Shown here: in pieces, positions 29,707 through 38,482 of the stretch
Layout of the letters: the number at the start of each line of letters is the position of its first letter
Position numbering within the stretch: the stretch's first letter is position 1
Source of the DNA: Actinomycetota bacterium
Lineage (GTDB): Bacteria; Actinomycetota; Acidimicrobiia; Spongiisociales; ZC4RG35
Direction: 5' to 3'
Assembly: GCA_046537785.1 (NCBI GenBank)
Contig: JBKHKD010000005.1
Coordinates: 27,991 to 91,990 of the forward strand
Length of the DNA: 64,000 nucleotides
The notes under the pieces: model-generated
What the model was told of the DNA's origin: nothing
Seen by the model: only the letters and a program-made list of their open reading frames with translations
Databases searched by the model: none
Made by a program: the position numbers and the translations under genes

Positions 29707-30186
29707 GTGACTCTAGGCGGCTGCCAGATCGCTTCGGATGTCGGTTGCGATTCGTTCCGCGGTCTCGTCGTCGAATGGAGCGGCGGTCTCGATGATGAAT
29801 GTTGTTATATCGATGTTCTTCCACTCGACCAACAATTCGGTGATACGTCCTGGAGTCGTTACATAGATATCGGCATCGTCAAACGCAGACTCATCGAGGC
29901 GATTGGCCTCCATCTGCTGGGGATCGAGCCGAGCCGGAGTAGCGAGCGAACGAAGGGTTTCGTCGACATCGTACACCGGGACGCCCCTCACTTGTCTCCA
30001 GACGAGGTCAACACCTACGCGCTGGGACTTCGCTCCATCGCCTCCTCCCAACACTGGTACGTCCTCACCAGGAGACTCGGGCTCACCACCGAAGCTGCCA
30101 TCAAGGTCACCTCAGAGACTCTGCGCGCCCTGATCGGAGAGATCAGACGCCGCAACGCCCGTCAGCGACCGAAAGAGGGATCATGA
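29707..30186 (+). CDS. hypothetical protein (strand assignment uncertain)
   Basis: 159 aa ORF whose stop overlaps the start of the downstream PEP-enzyme gene (ATGA), favouring the plus strand. A 113 aa minus-strand ORF (29713..30054) covers the same DNA. No recognisable domain. Confidence 0.3.
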   Translation: MTLGGCQIASDVGCDSFRGLVVEWSGGLDDECCYIDVLPLDQQFGDTSWSRYIDIGIVKRRLIEAIGLHLLGIEPSRSSERTKGFVDIVHRDAPHLSPDEVNTYALGLRSIASSQHWYVLTRRLGLTTEAAIKVTSETLRALIGEIRRRNARQRPKEGS

Positions 30187-32264
30187 TCTCGCACACGACA
30201 CAACCAACCATCGACCTTCACTCTGCGGGCCGTGAGCCCGTCGAAGAGATCGGTCACAAGGCACACTCCCTGGCCGTTCTCGCAGAAGAGGGCTTTCCGA
30301 TTCCGAACGGTGTGATTCTTCCCAGTTCGTGGCTGGAGATGGTGTCCGACGACGCACTCCGCTCCGAGCTGGACGTGATCCTGAACAGGCTCGACACGCC
30401 TCTCGCGGTCAGATCCTCCGCACTCGCGGAGGACACCGGGACCCAGTCGTTCGCCGGCCTCTACGAGACGGTGCTCTCCGTCGACGGACCCGAAGATCTC
30501 CTTGACGCCGTCCGCCGGGTAAAGGCCTCAGCCGGATCCGCTCGTGTGAGGACCTACGGGGGAGGCTCTCCGGACATCGCCGTCCTCATCCAGGAGATGG
30601 TTTCCGCGGTGGCAGCAGGCGTCGCCTTCACAGCAGACCCGGTCACCGGGGAGCGCGACGTCATCATCGTCAGCTCTGTGTCAGGCTTGGGGGATCGTCT
30701 GGTGTCCGGCGAGGCAGACCCTGACGAATGGGAAGTCCGCGCGGGGATGGCGGCTGCTAGACGCACGCCCGAGAATTCGCTCACCGACCGTCAGGTCCTC
30801 GAAGTCGCCGATCTCGCGCAGAGAGCCGAGCACCACTTCGGTCATCCCCAGGACATCGAGTGGGCGTTCGACGGCGAGAGCCTTCTTCTGCTCCAGTCAC
30901 GACCCATCACGGGACTGCCCGACGTCGAGCCGATAGAGCCGGATCTCTCGGCTCCGGACGACGACTTCTGGATGCTCGACGGCGGCCACTATCCCTCCCC
31001 GATGTCACCCATGGGTGCCTCGTTCTACCTGCCCGCCCTCGAGACCGGCGCATCCGAGGCCTTCCGCGACTGGGGACTGCTGCTCGACGGAATCGAGAGC
31101 GAGACGGTGGGATGGCGGGTGTACACCAAGCCGGTCCCCCTGGGCGGCAAGAGCGGCCCGGCTCCGCCGTGGTGGCTCATGGGGATCCTCGCCCGCGTCG
31201 TCCCCCCGATCCGACGTCAGGCTCGAAAAGCACGGGAAGCCTTCGAGTCGGGCCGGGTCGACGAGGTCATCCGCCGCTGGTGGGAGGAGTGGCGCCCGGA
31301 GTTCCGGGAGGAGATCGCTCGTCTCCAGTCGGTCGACTTGGGCCGGCTCGACGATGCCGGACTACTCCGACATCTCGACGAGGTCTTGGGCTTCGTGGCC
31401 CGGGGCCAGCGGGTCCACTTCGAGCTGTTCCCCCCGTATATGGTCGCCACGGCCGAGCTGGTCCGCTTCTGCGAGACCGAGCTGGGCTGGACGAAGGCCA
31501 AGGCGACCGGGCTGCTGAGCGGTCTCTCCACGATGTCCTCAGAGCCGGCCCGTCGTCTCCGGGAGCTGGCCCATGCCGCGAGGTCACGACCGGCGACCCG
31601 AGCCGTCCTGGAGGGTGACGAGGCGACTCTCGACCGGCTCCGCGACGCTGATGAGGACTTCGCCCGGCTGCTCGATAAGTACCTGGACGACTTCGGTATC
31701 AGAGCCACCGCCTACGACGTGCTCGCCCCCACCGTCGGCGAGCAGGAGGACTTGATCCTCTCGTCGATCGAATCCGAGTCCCGCTATGACCCCGACGAGG
31801 TGGAGCGCGCACAGACAGCAGCCAGGGAGCAGGCATTGGAGGAGGCCAGAACCACCCTCCTCGACGACCCCACGCGACTCCAGGAATTCGAGATGCTGGT
31901 GTCGCGGGTCGAAGAGGCGTACCCGGTACGCGAGGACAACATCGTGTTCACCGACAACGCCCCGGTCGGCCTGGTTCGCCTGACTGCCCTGGAGATCGGT
32001 CGCCGTCTGTGTGAGCGCGGTCTCATCGACGAACCGGAACACGTCCTCTTCCTCACCATCGACGAGGCTCGGAAGTCGCTGAGGGCAGGGCCTGCACGCC
32101 AGGGCATCGTCCGGACCCGGAGGGGCGAGCGGGAATGGGCTCTGCGGAATCCACCGGTCCCCTCCTTCGGCGAGGATCCCGGACCGCCACCGGACATGCG
32201 GGCGATGCCTGACGGTGTGCGCAGGCTCATGGACGCTCTCGGGCTCTTCAGGAACAAGACATGA
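30183..32264 (+). CDS. PEP synthase / rifampicin-phosphotransferase-like enzyme, ATP-grasp (PPDK_N) plus central domain, lacking the phosphohistidine domain
   Basis: N-terminal EIGHKAHSLAVLAEEGFPIPNGVIL matches the PPDK_N/PEP-synthase nucleotide-binding motif (G.K..NL....G.PVP.GF). 693 aa. The stop overlaps the start of a small ORF that encodes the missing PEP-utilizers domain. Confidence 0.75.
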   Translation: MISHTTQPTIDLHSAGREPVEEIGHKAHSLAVLAEEGFPIPNGVILPSSWLEMVSDDALRSELDVILNRLDTPLAVRSSALAEDTGTQSFAGLYETVLSVDGPEDLLDAVRRVKASAGSARVRTYGGGSPDIAVLIQEMVSAVAAGVAFTADPVTGERDVIIVSSVSGLGDRLVSGEADPDEWEVRAGMAAARRTPENSLTDRQVLEVADLAQRAEHHFGHPQDIEWAFDGESLLLLQSRPITGLPDVEPIEPDLSAPDDDFWMLDGGHYPSPMSPMGASFYLPALETGASEAFRDWGLLLDGIESETVGWRVYTKPVPLGGKSGPAPPWWLMGILARVVPPIRRQARKAREAFESGRVDEVIRRWWEEWRPEFREEIARLQSVDLGRLDDAGLLRHLDEVLGFVARGQRVHFELFPPYMVATAELVRFCETELGWTKAKATGLLSGLSTMSSEPARRLRELAHAARSRPATRAVLEGDEATLDRLRDADEDFARLLDKYLDDFGIRATAYDVLAPTVGEQEDLILSSIESESRYDPDEVERAQTAAREQALEEARTTLLDDPTRLQEFEMLVSRVEEAYPVREDNIVFTDNAPVGLVRLTALEIGRRLCERGLIDEPEHVLFLTIDEARKSLRAGPARQGIVRTRRGEREWALRNPPVPSFGEDPGPPPDMRAMPDGVRRLMDALGLFRNKT

Positions 32265-32601
32265 GCGCGGAGGAGGGTGACGGGCTCTCCGGCACTCCGG
32301 CGTCGGCCGGCTCCTACACGGGACCGGCGCGGGTGATCCGCTCCGAGGAGCAATTCCACGAGGTGAGACCGGGAGACGTGCTCGTGTGCCCGATCACCAC
32401 CCCGGCATGGTCGGTCCTCTTTGGGCGCATCGGCGGGCTGATCACCGACACCGGGGGGGGCTGCTGTCGCACTCGGCGATCGTCGCCCGCGAGCACGGTC
32501 TCCCGGCGGTCGTCGGAACCGGGTCGGCCACGTCGCACGTTCGAAGCGGCCAGCAGGTCACCGTCGACGGCACCCGGGGGGGAATCGAAGTCCACGGCTG
32601 A
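32261..32601 (+). pseudogene. PEP-utilizing-enzyme mobile (phosphohistidine) domain, interrupted by a frameshift at a G8 homopolymer
   Basis: Frame 1 (from 32261) gives [32 protein letters not shown]. The conserved continuation [21 protein letters not shown] (catalytic His) is in the +2 frame (track ORF 32386..32601). The two join only if the run of eight G at about 32453-32460 is six or nine G. Confidence 0.6.
32453..32460. repeat. G8 homopolymer tract at the frameshift point (possible slipped-strand or sequencing-error site)
   Basis: cggggggggc seen in the sequence. Both track ORF translations (TDTGGGCC and [10 protein letters not shown]) span it. Confidence 0.7.
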
Positions 32602-32746
32602 ACGACGACCGAAATCAGAGGGACGCCAACACTTGGACCGCGGTGCGTTACACGTCCCCACGGCTCCCGCTTCATCCAAGCCACGCGAGGAATGCCCCTA
32701 GGAAGCCTCCTGTCTCGTGATTCACTATGCCACGGACCCAAAGACG

Positions 32747-34219
32747 TCAGCTCTGCTGTGCTTGGAGACGAGGTTGGACCACTCCGGGTGTCACATTTTC
32801 GAGAGCGGCGCACGCCCTCGCGGCGACATCCGGGGCGACCACACTGAGTAGTTCTGCGATGGTCAACGCTGTCACGTAGAGAGCTCCGATGGTGTGATCG
32901 AATCTCGATTCGGATCCGGGCGAGGTGTGTTCCCATGGTCGGTGCTGTTGGATGTAGGTGTTGGCAGCCCGGATGAGCGAGGTGATCCCGGAGGCGGCGC
33001 CTCTGATGTCGAAATCGTCCAGGGCGTGGTGCACCGAGACTCGAGTTTGGTCAAGCTGGTCGAGCAACGGATCGTTGATAGGTGGTTGTGGCGGCACTCC
33101 GGACCGGTGCTTGTCGACGAGGGTCACGATCCGGTTGACCAGGTTGCCGTATCCGTGGGCGAGGTCCTGGTTTACGCGATCGATCAGACGCTGTTCGGTG
33201 AAGTCAGCGTCGCCGACCCGGGGGACGTCTGCAGCGAACCACCAACGGAGCGGATCCGCACCGTAGGTCTCGACGAGTGTTGAAGGGTCGGTGTAGTTGC
33301 CGGCGCTCTTGCTGATCTTGGCGCCCTCGACTGTCAGGTAGTCATGGACGAAGATGGCAGTAGGGAGCGGCTCTCCTGCCGACAGCAGAAAGGCGGGCCA
33401 GTACACGGCATGGAAGCGGAGGATCCCCTTTCCGATCACGTGTACCCGCTCATCCGAATCCACCCACCAGTCCCGATAGTCGGAGTGGTCGGTCCCGTAC
33501 CCAAGTGCAGTGATGTAGTTGCCCAGGGCGTCGTACCAGACATAGATCACCTGTCCCGGGTCGCCCGGTACCGCAATCCCCCAACCATGGGCCCGCTCAG
33601 CCGACCGGGACACGCTGATGTCCTCCAGTCCTCCTCGCAGGAATGCAATCACTTCGTTGCGGCGTGCTGTCGGCGCGATCCGTAGTTGGCCCGTTTCGAT
33701 CGCTTCGAGGAGCGGCTCGGTGTACCGGCTCAACCTGAAGAACCAGTTCCGTTCCGACACCACCTCTGGCTCCGTCCTGTGCTCGGGACATCGCCCGTCT
33801 TCCAGCTCGGTGGGCTTGTAGAACTGTTCGCAACCGACGCAGTACAGACCTTCGTAGTCCCGCACATAGAGGTCGTCGGCTGCTGCTGTCGCCAGCCACA
33901 GCTTCTCCACGCCTGGTCGATGCCGGGGATCGGTGCTGGTGCGGATGTAGTCGTCAAGCGACAGCTCGAGAGCACATCCAAGGCTCTCGAACTCGTTGGC
34001 TCGCTGCTCCACGAATTCAGCCACCGGAACTCCAGCAGCTTCGGCAGCAAGGACGTTCTTGAGAGCGTTGTCATCGGTTCCCGACAGGAAACGGACCTCA
34101 TCTCCACACAGACGTCGTCCCCTTGCGAGGATGTCCGCCTGGACGAACTCCAGGGCGTGGCCCAGGTGTGGCGACGCGTTGACGTACGGGATCGCGGTGG
34201 TGACGTAGAAACGGGTCAT
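32747..34219 (-). CDS. metG: methionine--tRNA ligase (short form)
   Basis: Class I aaRS. HIGH-type motif (PYVNASPHLGHAL), KMSKS-type motif (KISKSAGN), CxxC zinc knuckles; 490 aa. Confidence 0.9.
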   Translation of the reverse strand: MTRFYVTTAIPYVNASPHLGHALEFVQADILARGRRLCGDEVRFLSGTDDNALKNVLAAEAAGVPVAEFVEQRANEFESLGCALELSLDDYIRTSTDPRHRPGVEKLWLATAAADDLYVRDYEGLYCVGCEQFYKPTELEDGRCPEHRTEPEVVSERNWFFRLSRYTEPLLEAIETGQLRIAPTARRNEVIAFLRGGLEDISVSRSAERAHGWGIAVPGDPGQVIYVWYDALGNYITALGYGTDHSDYRDWWVDSDERVHVIGKGILRFHAVYWPAFLLSAGEPLPTAIFVHDYLTVEGAKISKSAGNYTDPSTLVETYGADPLRWWFAADVPRVGDADFTEQRLIDRVNQDLAHGYGNLVNRIVTLVDKHRSGVPPQPPINDPLLDQLDQTRVSVHHALDDFDIRGAASGITSLIRAANTYIQQHRPWEHTSPGSESRFDHTIGALYVTALTIAELLSVVAPDVAARACAALENVTPGVVQPRLQAQQS

Positions 34220-34273
34220 CGTTGGCTCCTCTCGCCCCTGGAGTGGGAACCAAGCCTTGATGATCCACCAATA

Positions 34274-34295
34274 GAGGCCCCATCTCAGGGGCCTC
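34274..34295. other. GC-rich stem-loop GAGGCCCC-ATCTCA-GGGGCCTC in the metG leader / element flank
   Basis: Perfect 8 bp inverted repeat with a 6 nt loop, about 55 nt upstream of the metG start (minus strand) and about 120 nt from the left att repeat. No clear U-tract. Confidence 0.3.
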
Positions 34296-34414
34296 GACGT
34301 TCTTCAGACGCGCCGAATATGCCCCAGGGAGGGGCGCATCATCGAGCGACTGCAGAACGAAATGGTCATTTCCGTCACAAGCCTACCCCCACACGGTGGC
34401 CGTGCTACCGAACA

Positions 34415-34545
34415 TCCAGATTCTGGATGTTCGATAAGTTCGATGAAACGACCGAGGTGCTGGCCGGAGGATCGTCGACAAGCCTCTGACCAGCACCTTT
34501 GTGGTCGGGACGGCCGGATTTGAACCGGCGACCTCAGCGTCCCGA
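34415..34545. repeat. left direct repeat (attL side), including a truncated 3' part of tRNA-Pro (34501..34545, corresponding to tRNA nt 32-76)
   Basis: About 90% identical to 49540..49672. 66 bp perfect core 34480..34545 (AGCCTCTGACCAGCACCTTTGTGGTCGGGACGGCCGGATTTGAACCGGCGACCTCAGCGTCCCGAA). Identity ends exactly at the position matching tRNA nt 32 in the anticodon loop. Confidence 0.8.
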
Positions 34546-34637
34546 AAGGTGCCGGGCCTCTTTTCTAAATACTGATTTGGACGAATTACCAGGTCAGAGC
34601 CTATGAGTGGACTGGCCTGGACCCCCTTGATTGTGAG

Positions 34638-34663
34638 CGGATGTTCGATAAATGTTCGATGAA
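34638..34663. repeat. third copy of the 26 nt motif GGATGTTCGATAAATGTTCGATGAAA, candidate integrase/Xis arm-type site
   Basis: The same motif occurs inside both att repeats (34424..34447 with a 1 nt deletion; 49549..49574 exact). It contains an internal tandem TGTTCGAT. Confidence 0.45.
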
Positions 34664-34759
34664 AGTCGCGAAAAGTGACGCTATTTCGGATCACCCATCC
34701 TGCATCGTTCTGACTTACGATGGCTTGGATGGCTCTCTTCCTCTGCACATCTACTCGGA

Positions 34760-35023
34760 GTGCTGCCAATGGTCGATAAGCCCATCGACCTCGCCGCCGC
34801 ACGGGAGCAGACCCTCGAGGCGATCCGGAAGGAGTATCCCCCATTGCTCACCTCGGCCCATGTCGCCGAGCTCATGCAATGCACCATCTGGGAAGTGCGC
34901 GACCAGGTCCACCGTGGCGAGCTTCCCGCGGTCCGTTGGGGTCAGCAGTTCCGCTTCTTCCGCGAAGAGGTGTTGGCCGTCCTCCTCAACCGGCCGGCCG
35001 GACCCAACGAGGCCGATGACTGA
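34760..35023 (+). CDS. HTH_17 (excisionase/AlpA-like) DNA-binding protein
   Basis: 87 aa, GTG start. Segment AHVAELMQCTIWEVRDQVHRGELPAVRWGQQFRFFREEV fits the excisionase-type winged HTH. Confidence 0.55.
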   Translation: MLPMVDKPIDLAAAREQTLEAIRKEYPPLLTSAHVAELMQCTIWEVRDQVHRGELPAVRWGQQFRFFREEVLAVLLNRPAGPNEADD

Positions 35024-35270
35024 CGTGCCCGACGAGAACCCTGAGATCACATACGAGAAGTGGTATCCGGACGTGCCGCCCGTCATGGACAGTCAAGAGC
35101 TGGCGGAGCTGCTCTCGGCCTCAGATCAGGTGATCCGGACCTGGGCACGCGAGGGCGTGATCCCGTCCCACCGGGCTCCCGGCGCTCGCAAGTTCAAGTT
35201 CCTCCGCCATGAGATCTTCCAGTGGCTCGTCGAGAATCGTTACGTCCCACCCGACGACCAAACCGCCTGA
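35016..35270 (+). CDS. HTH_17 (excisionase/AlpA-like) DNA-binding protein
   Basis: 84 aa from the ATG overlapping the upstream stop (ATGACTGA). Segment QELAELLSASDQVIRTWAREGVIPSHRAPGARKFKFLRHEIFQWL. The longer track ORF (34641..) has an implausible N-terminus. Confidence 0.5.
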   Translation: MTDVPDENPEITYEKWYPDVPPVMDSQELAELLSASDQVIRTWAREGVIPSHRAPGARKFKFLRHEIFQWLVENRYVPPDDQTA

Positions 35271-35398
35271 TTTCAACACGCGAGCGGGCCAATTACACCG
35301 TTTGTCGGATCAGACCGCCCTCAAAGTCCCCGCAAATCTCGGGTGGTCAGAAGGATCACCGTTCCAATCAAGATACGACTCCATCGGCATCCTGTCCG

Positions 35399-38161
35399 CT
35401 AGCCCTCTCCATCCTCCACCCTGACCACCTGCATACCTGCGAATTTCGCCCCGACAATGTTGCCCGCTTCTTCGCGCGGAGCAGGGCCCGAAAGCCATCC
35501 CGCACTCGACAGGTCCTCCCAGAGCCATTGGTACACCAGCCGGGTGACAGGATCTGCATCGAAGATGTCCAGGACGGTCATCGCACCTGATGGAGATAAA
35601 CGATGGGCGAACTCAGGGCGATACCGTCGGATTGCGGTGAAGATGCTCTCCGGCGGATCCCCGCCCACAACGCTGGGCACATCGGCTGTCAGGTCCACAA
35701 CCGAAGCCTGGGAGTCGTCGATCGGCTCCCAGTAGTAATTCAGAACAGGACCCATGCCGCCCTTGTTGTTGGACATGGTGAGTCGCCCTCGCATCGATAC
35801 CGGCATCATGAGTGCTCGAGGCATGACGTGTCTTAGGTTGGAGAACCACTGGTCGACAATCTCTGTGAACGTATGGAGGGCTGCTTCGTAAACTGCGATC
35901 GTCCGCTCTCGAAGACGCTGTTCGGAGTAGGGGGACCACACCCACCCACCGCTGTGTCTCAGATCCGGACCGGGCAATGGAGGATCCATCGTTTGAGCGC
36001 CGCTTGCTTGCAGCTGTCCGACAACTCGTCGCAATTCGGGGATACGCAATCGGCGCCGGCGCACCGCGTTGAACCCCGCAGCTTCGGCTCGCTCCAACAC
36101 CTCCTCGTCGAGTAGCTGGAGATCAATGGGTTCGCTATAGAGACTGCCGCGGCCAATGAGTTCCAGCGCGGTTCTCCATGCGGCCTCCTTCTCAATGAAT
36201 GTCCCACTAGTCGGCAGTGATCGAGTCGACATGATGTTGGCTAGCGACAGCTTCAAGGTTTCAAGGCTCCACCGCCATGGCCAGTTGGATCCACTCCCAA
36301 CTGGACTTGAGAGAACGAGTCCCCATGGCCATTGGCCTTGAAAGGCCTCCGGAGGAACGTCACTCCCCACCTCGTCCTCACCGAAATACCACGACGTACT
36401 GAGTCGTGACCCATATATTTGCGCCGCGAAAGGGCAGAGACCTTGCCGCGTTAGCGGACCGATGAGGCGACCCAGGTCGCCCAAACCTGTGATCCATGAC
36501 ACCATCGTGGTCGGCACTCGACCGAGTTCCCTCTTCGACGGTTGGACTTCGGATATGTCCCCCTCGTCGCCCCACCTCGAGAGCGCGTCGTCTATCACTT
36601 CGCCGGCCAGGCCGGGGTAACGAGTGACAAGCTCGTCCATTTGATCGTACGTGCCGTCAAAGCTCCCTTTTCCGATGGCGATCGAGAGTGAGGTCGACCA
36701 CGCCTCAGCGTCTCTGAGTTCCTCAATGGGAGCCCGATTTCCCTCCAATAGCCACTGGGCAGCAAACCACTGAGCAAAGAGCGGTATCGAGAATTGCAGT
36801 GCGCGTCCGCTGTCTACGATCAGGCCAGCTTGGGCAAGCGTGAAGCGAGTGTCCGGCGTTAACCCGGCCTCGGCGGCATGGATCGGACCCACCCCGTGCT
36901 CAATGCTTTTAGCTGCAAGCGTCGGAAGTGCATCCAAACCGTCACCCTGGTGTCCCGGCCGTCCCAGTGCCGTGTTGATGACCTCATCAATGAGTGACAC
37001 GACGTTTGATGGCGGCCTCCCCACAGCCCGAATGAAACTGCCAGCCAGGATTGCGAACAATGGCCTCTTGACAGCTTCTCGAAGAGACTCTGGCCACTCG
37101 GAGATCGAGTACGTGGAGAGTTGCGTATCTCCGACAAGGTTGATGAGTTCAAGGGACCCCTCAACGCTCAGGGGAGTTAGTTGTATGCATTCCTCGAACC
37201 GTGCCATCGTTGGAATAGGGCGGCTTGTCACACATATGGTCGTTGCCGGGTACGTGTGGCAATACGCTCGAGCTTGCTCGATGACTTCGACCGCCCGCTC
37301 GCTGCCGAGAGATTCGAGACCGTCCACCACCAACCAAACCCCGCGGTCAGGGTTCCAGCTCAAAGGGCCTGCGACTTCGGAAATCGTGCCTTCAAGGCCG
37401 CCCTGTATCTGACCTGCCTCCACGTACACGGGTAATGGGGCCGCGTCGTCGTCAAGGGCGTTGGTAATGGCACGTTGGAGCAATCGCTCGGCCGTCAGAC
37501 TCTTCCCGCTCCCCATCGGACCAACAAGCAGAACCAGCCCTCGCCTGTCGGCGACAAGTCGTGACGGAACCCCCAAGTCTGGATCGTCGGCGAAGTCGGT
37601 TGCTGATGCAGAGGGTATACCAGCCCCCTGCCAGCGGGCGATACACCTACCCCGCGACTGGCGGCCGACAGTCTCAAGGTATGGAAGTCGGCTCGGACTG
37701 GTGGCAGCTCGTCGACGTACAGCTCGAACGATCTCGTCCTGGAGTGTGAGCCGAATGATCTGACCGAGACTTGCCAAGTCGTCGACGGTTACCCACTTGC
37801 AATGTTGGGCTACTCGGTCCAGGAGCGCTTCGGTGCCGTCAGCTCGTTCTTGAACAGGCAGCTTGAACACTAGAAGAGGAACCTTGTTATCTAGCGCCGT
37901 CGTAATCTCGTCCTCGACGGGACCGCTGGTCTCAGCGCCCACCAGCCAAATGACTAGATCAGCACTGGCTACGCGCTCCAGGTAGGTGGTACGAGGACCC
38001 TCGGAGCTAGCCGGTGTGAACTCGAACAACCACGGATGAAGAAACGGCGCATCCCCGATCGCCTGCTTCGCCAGGCCGCGCGCTGTATCCAGGAGCGGAT
38101 CGCCCATCACAGAGCTGACAAAAACCTGAAGCGGCCGCTCACTGGCGATTATTCGACCCAC
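35399..38161 (-). CDS. NACHT-family STAND NTPase with DUF4062-like N-terminal module and large uncharacterised C-terminal region; candidate NLR-like defense protein
   Basis: 920 aa, GTG start. N-terminal about 130 aa (PLQVFVSS...ADLVIWLVGAETSGPVEDE...VPLLVF) resembles DUF4062. Walker A LLVGPMGSGKSLTA. NACHT-type Walker B GVWLVVDGLESLGSE. TSRP motif (ICVTSRPIP). About 540 aa C-terminal region with no recognisable repeats. Confidence 0.7.
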   Translation of the reverse strand: MGRIIASERPLQVFVSSVMGDPLLDTARGLAKQAIGDAPFLHPWLFEFTPASSEGPRTTYLERVASADLVIWLVGAETSGPVEDEITTALDNKVPLLVFKLPVQERADGTEALLDRVAQHCKWVTVDDLASLGQIIRLTLQDEIVRAVRRRAATSPSRLPYLETVGRQSRGRCIARWQGAGIPSASATDFADDPDLGVPSRLVADRRGLVLLVGPMGSGKSLTAERLLQRAITNALDDDAAPLPVYVEAGQIQGGLEGTISEVAGPLSWNPDRGVWLVVDGLESLGSERAVEVIEQARAYCHTYPATTICVTSRPIPTMARFEECIQLTPLSVEGSLELINLVGDTQLSTYSISEWPESLREAVKRPLFAILAGSFIRAVGRPPSNVVSLIDEVINTALGRPGHQGDGLDALPTLAAKSIEHGVGPIHAAEAGLTPDTRFTLAQAGLIVDSGRALQFSIPLFAQWFAAQWLLEGNRAPIEELRDAEAWSTSLSIAIGKGSFDGTYDQMDELVTRYPGLAGEVIDDALSRWGDEGDISEVQPSKRELGRVPTTMVSWITGLGDLGRLIGPLTRQGLCPFAAQIYGSRLSTSWYFGEDEVGSDVPPEAFQGQWPWGLVLSSPVGSGSNWPWRWSLETLKLSLANIMSTRSLPTSGTFIEKEAAWRTALELIGRGSLYSEPIDLQLLDEEVLERAEAAGFNAVRRRRLRIPELRRVVGQLQASGAQTMDPPLPGPDLRHSGGWVWSPYSEQRLRERTIAVYEAALHTFTEIVDQWFSNLRHVMPRALMMPVSMRGRLTMSNNKGGMGPVLNYYWEPIDDSQASVVDLTADVPSVVGGDPPESIFTAIRRYRPEFAHRLSPSGAMTVLDIFDADPVTRLVYQWLWEDLSSAGWLSGPAPREEAGNIVGAKFAGMQVVRVEDGEG

Positions 38162-38482
38162 AATGCCTCAGTTGTAGCGACGACAATCTTCACGTCGAAG
38201 TGTGAGTCAATCGGCGGTAGTCCGGATATCGGGTGGCGGTGCGAATTCGCGACCACCTGAATTCTCGATGCGGTGTGTTTCGGCGCGAGATGCGGAGCAA
38301 CGGATCCGATTCCATGATCCGCCACCGATTGCGAGGGCGAGAGCACCTGAATCACGAGGGCATCTCCTCAGCGAGGTGCATGCCGACATCCCCCATTGCT
38401 TCTAGCAACTCCTGCACAACTCGCACAACAGTCTTAGCTTCGTCTTCGCTCACTTGATGGCCCGCGTGAACGACACTGCGTC

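Noticed and set aside
29713-30054. 113 aa minus-strand ORF overlapping the 29707..30186 plus-strand ORF
   Set aside because: Its protein-like composition made it tempting. However, the plus-strand ORF is translationally coupled (ATGA overlap) to the downstream PEP-enzyme gene, so the plus strand was preferred. The question remains unresolved without homology search.
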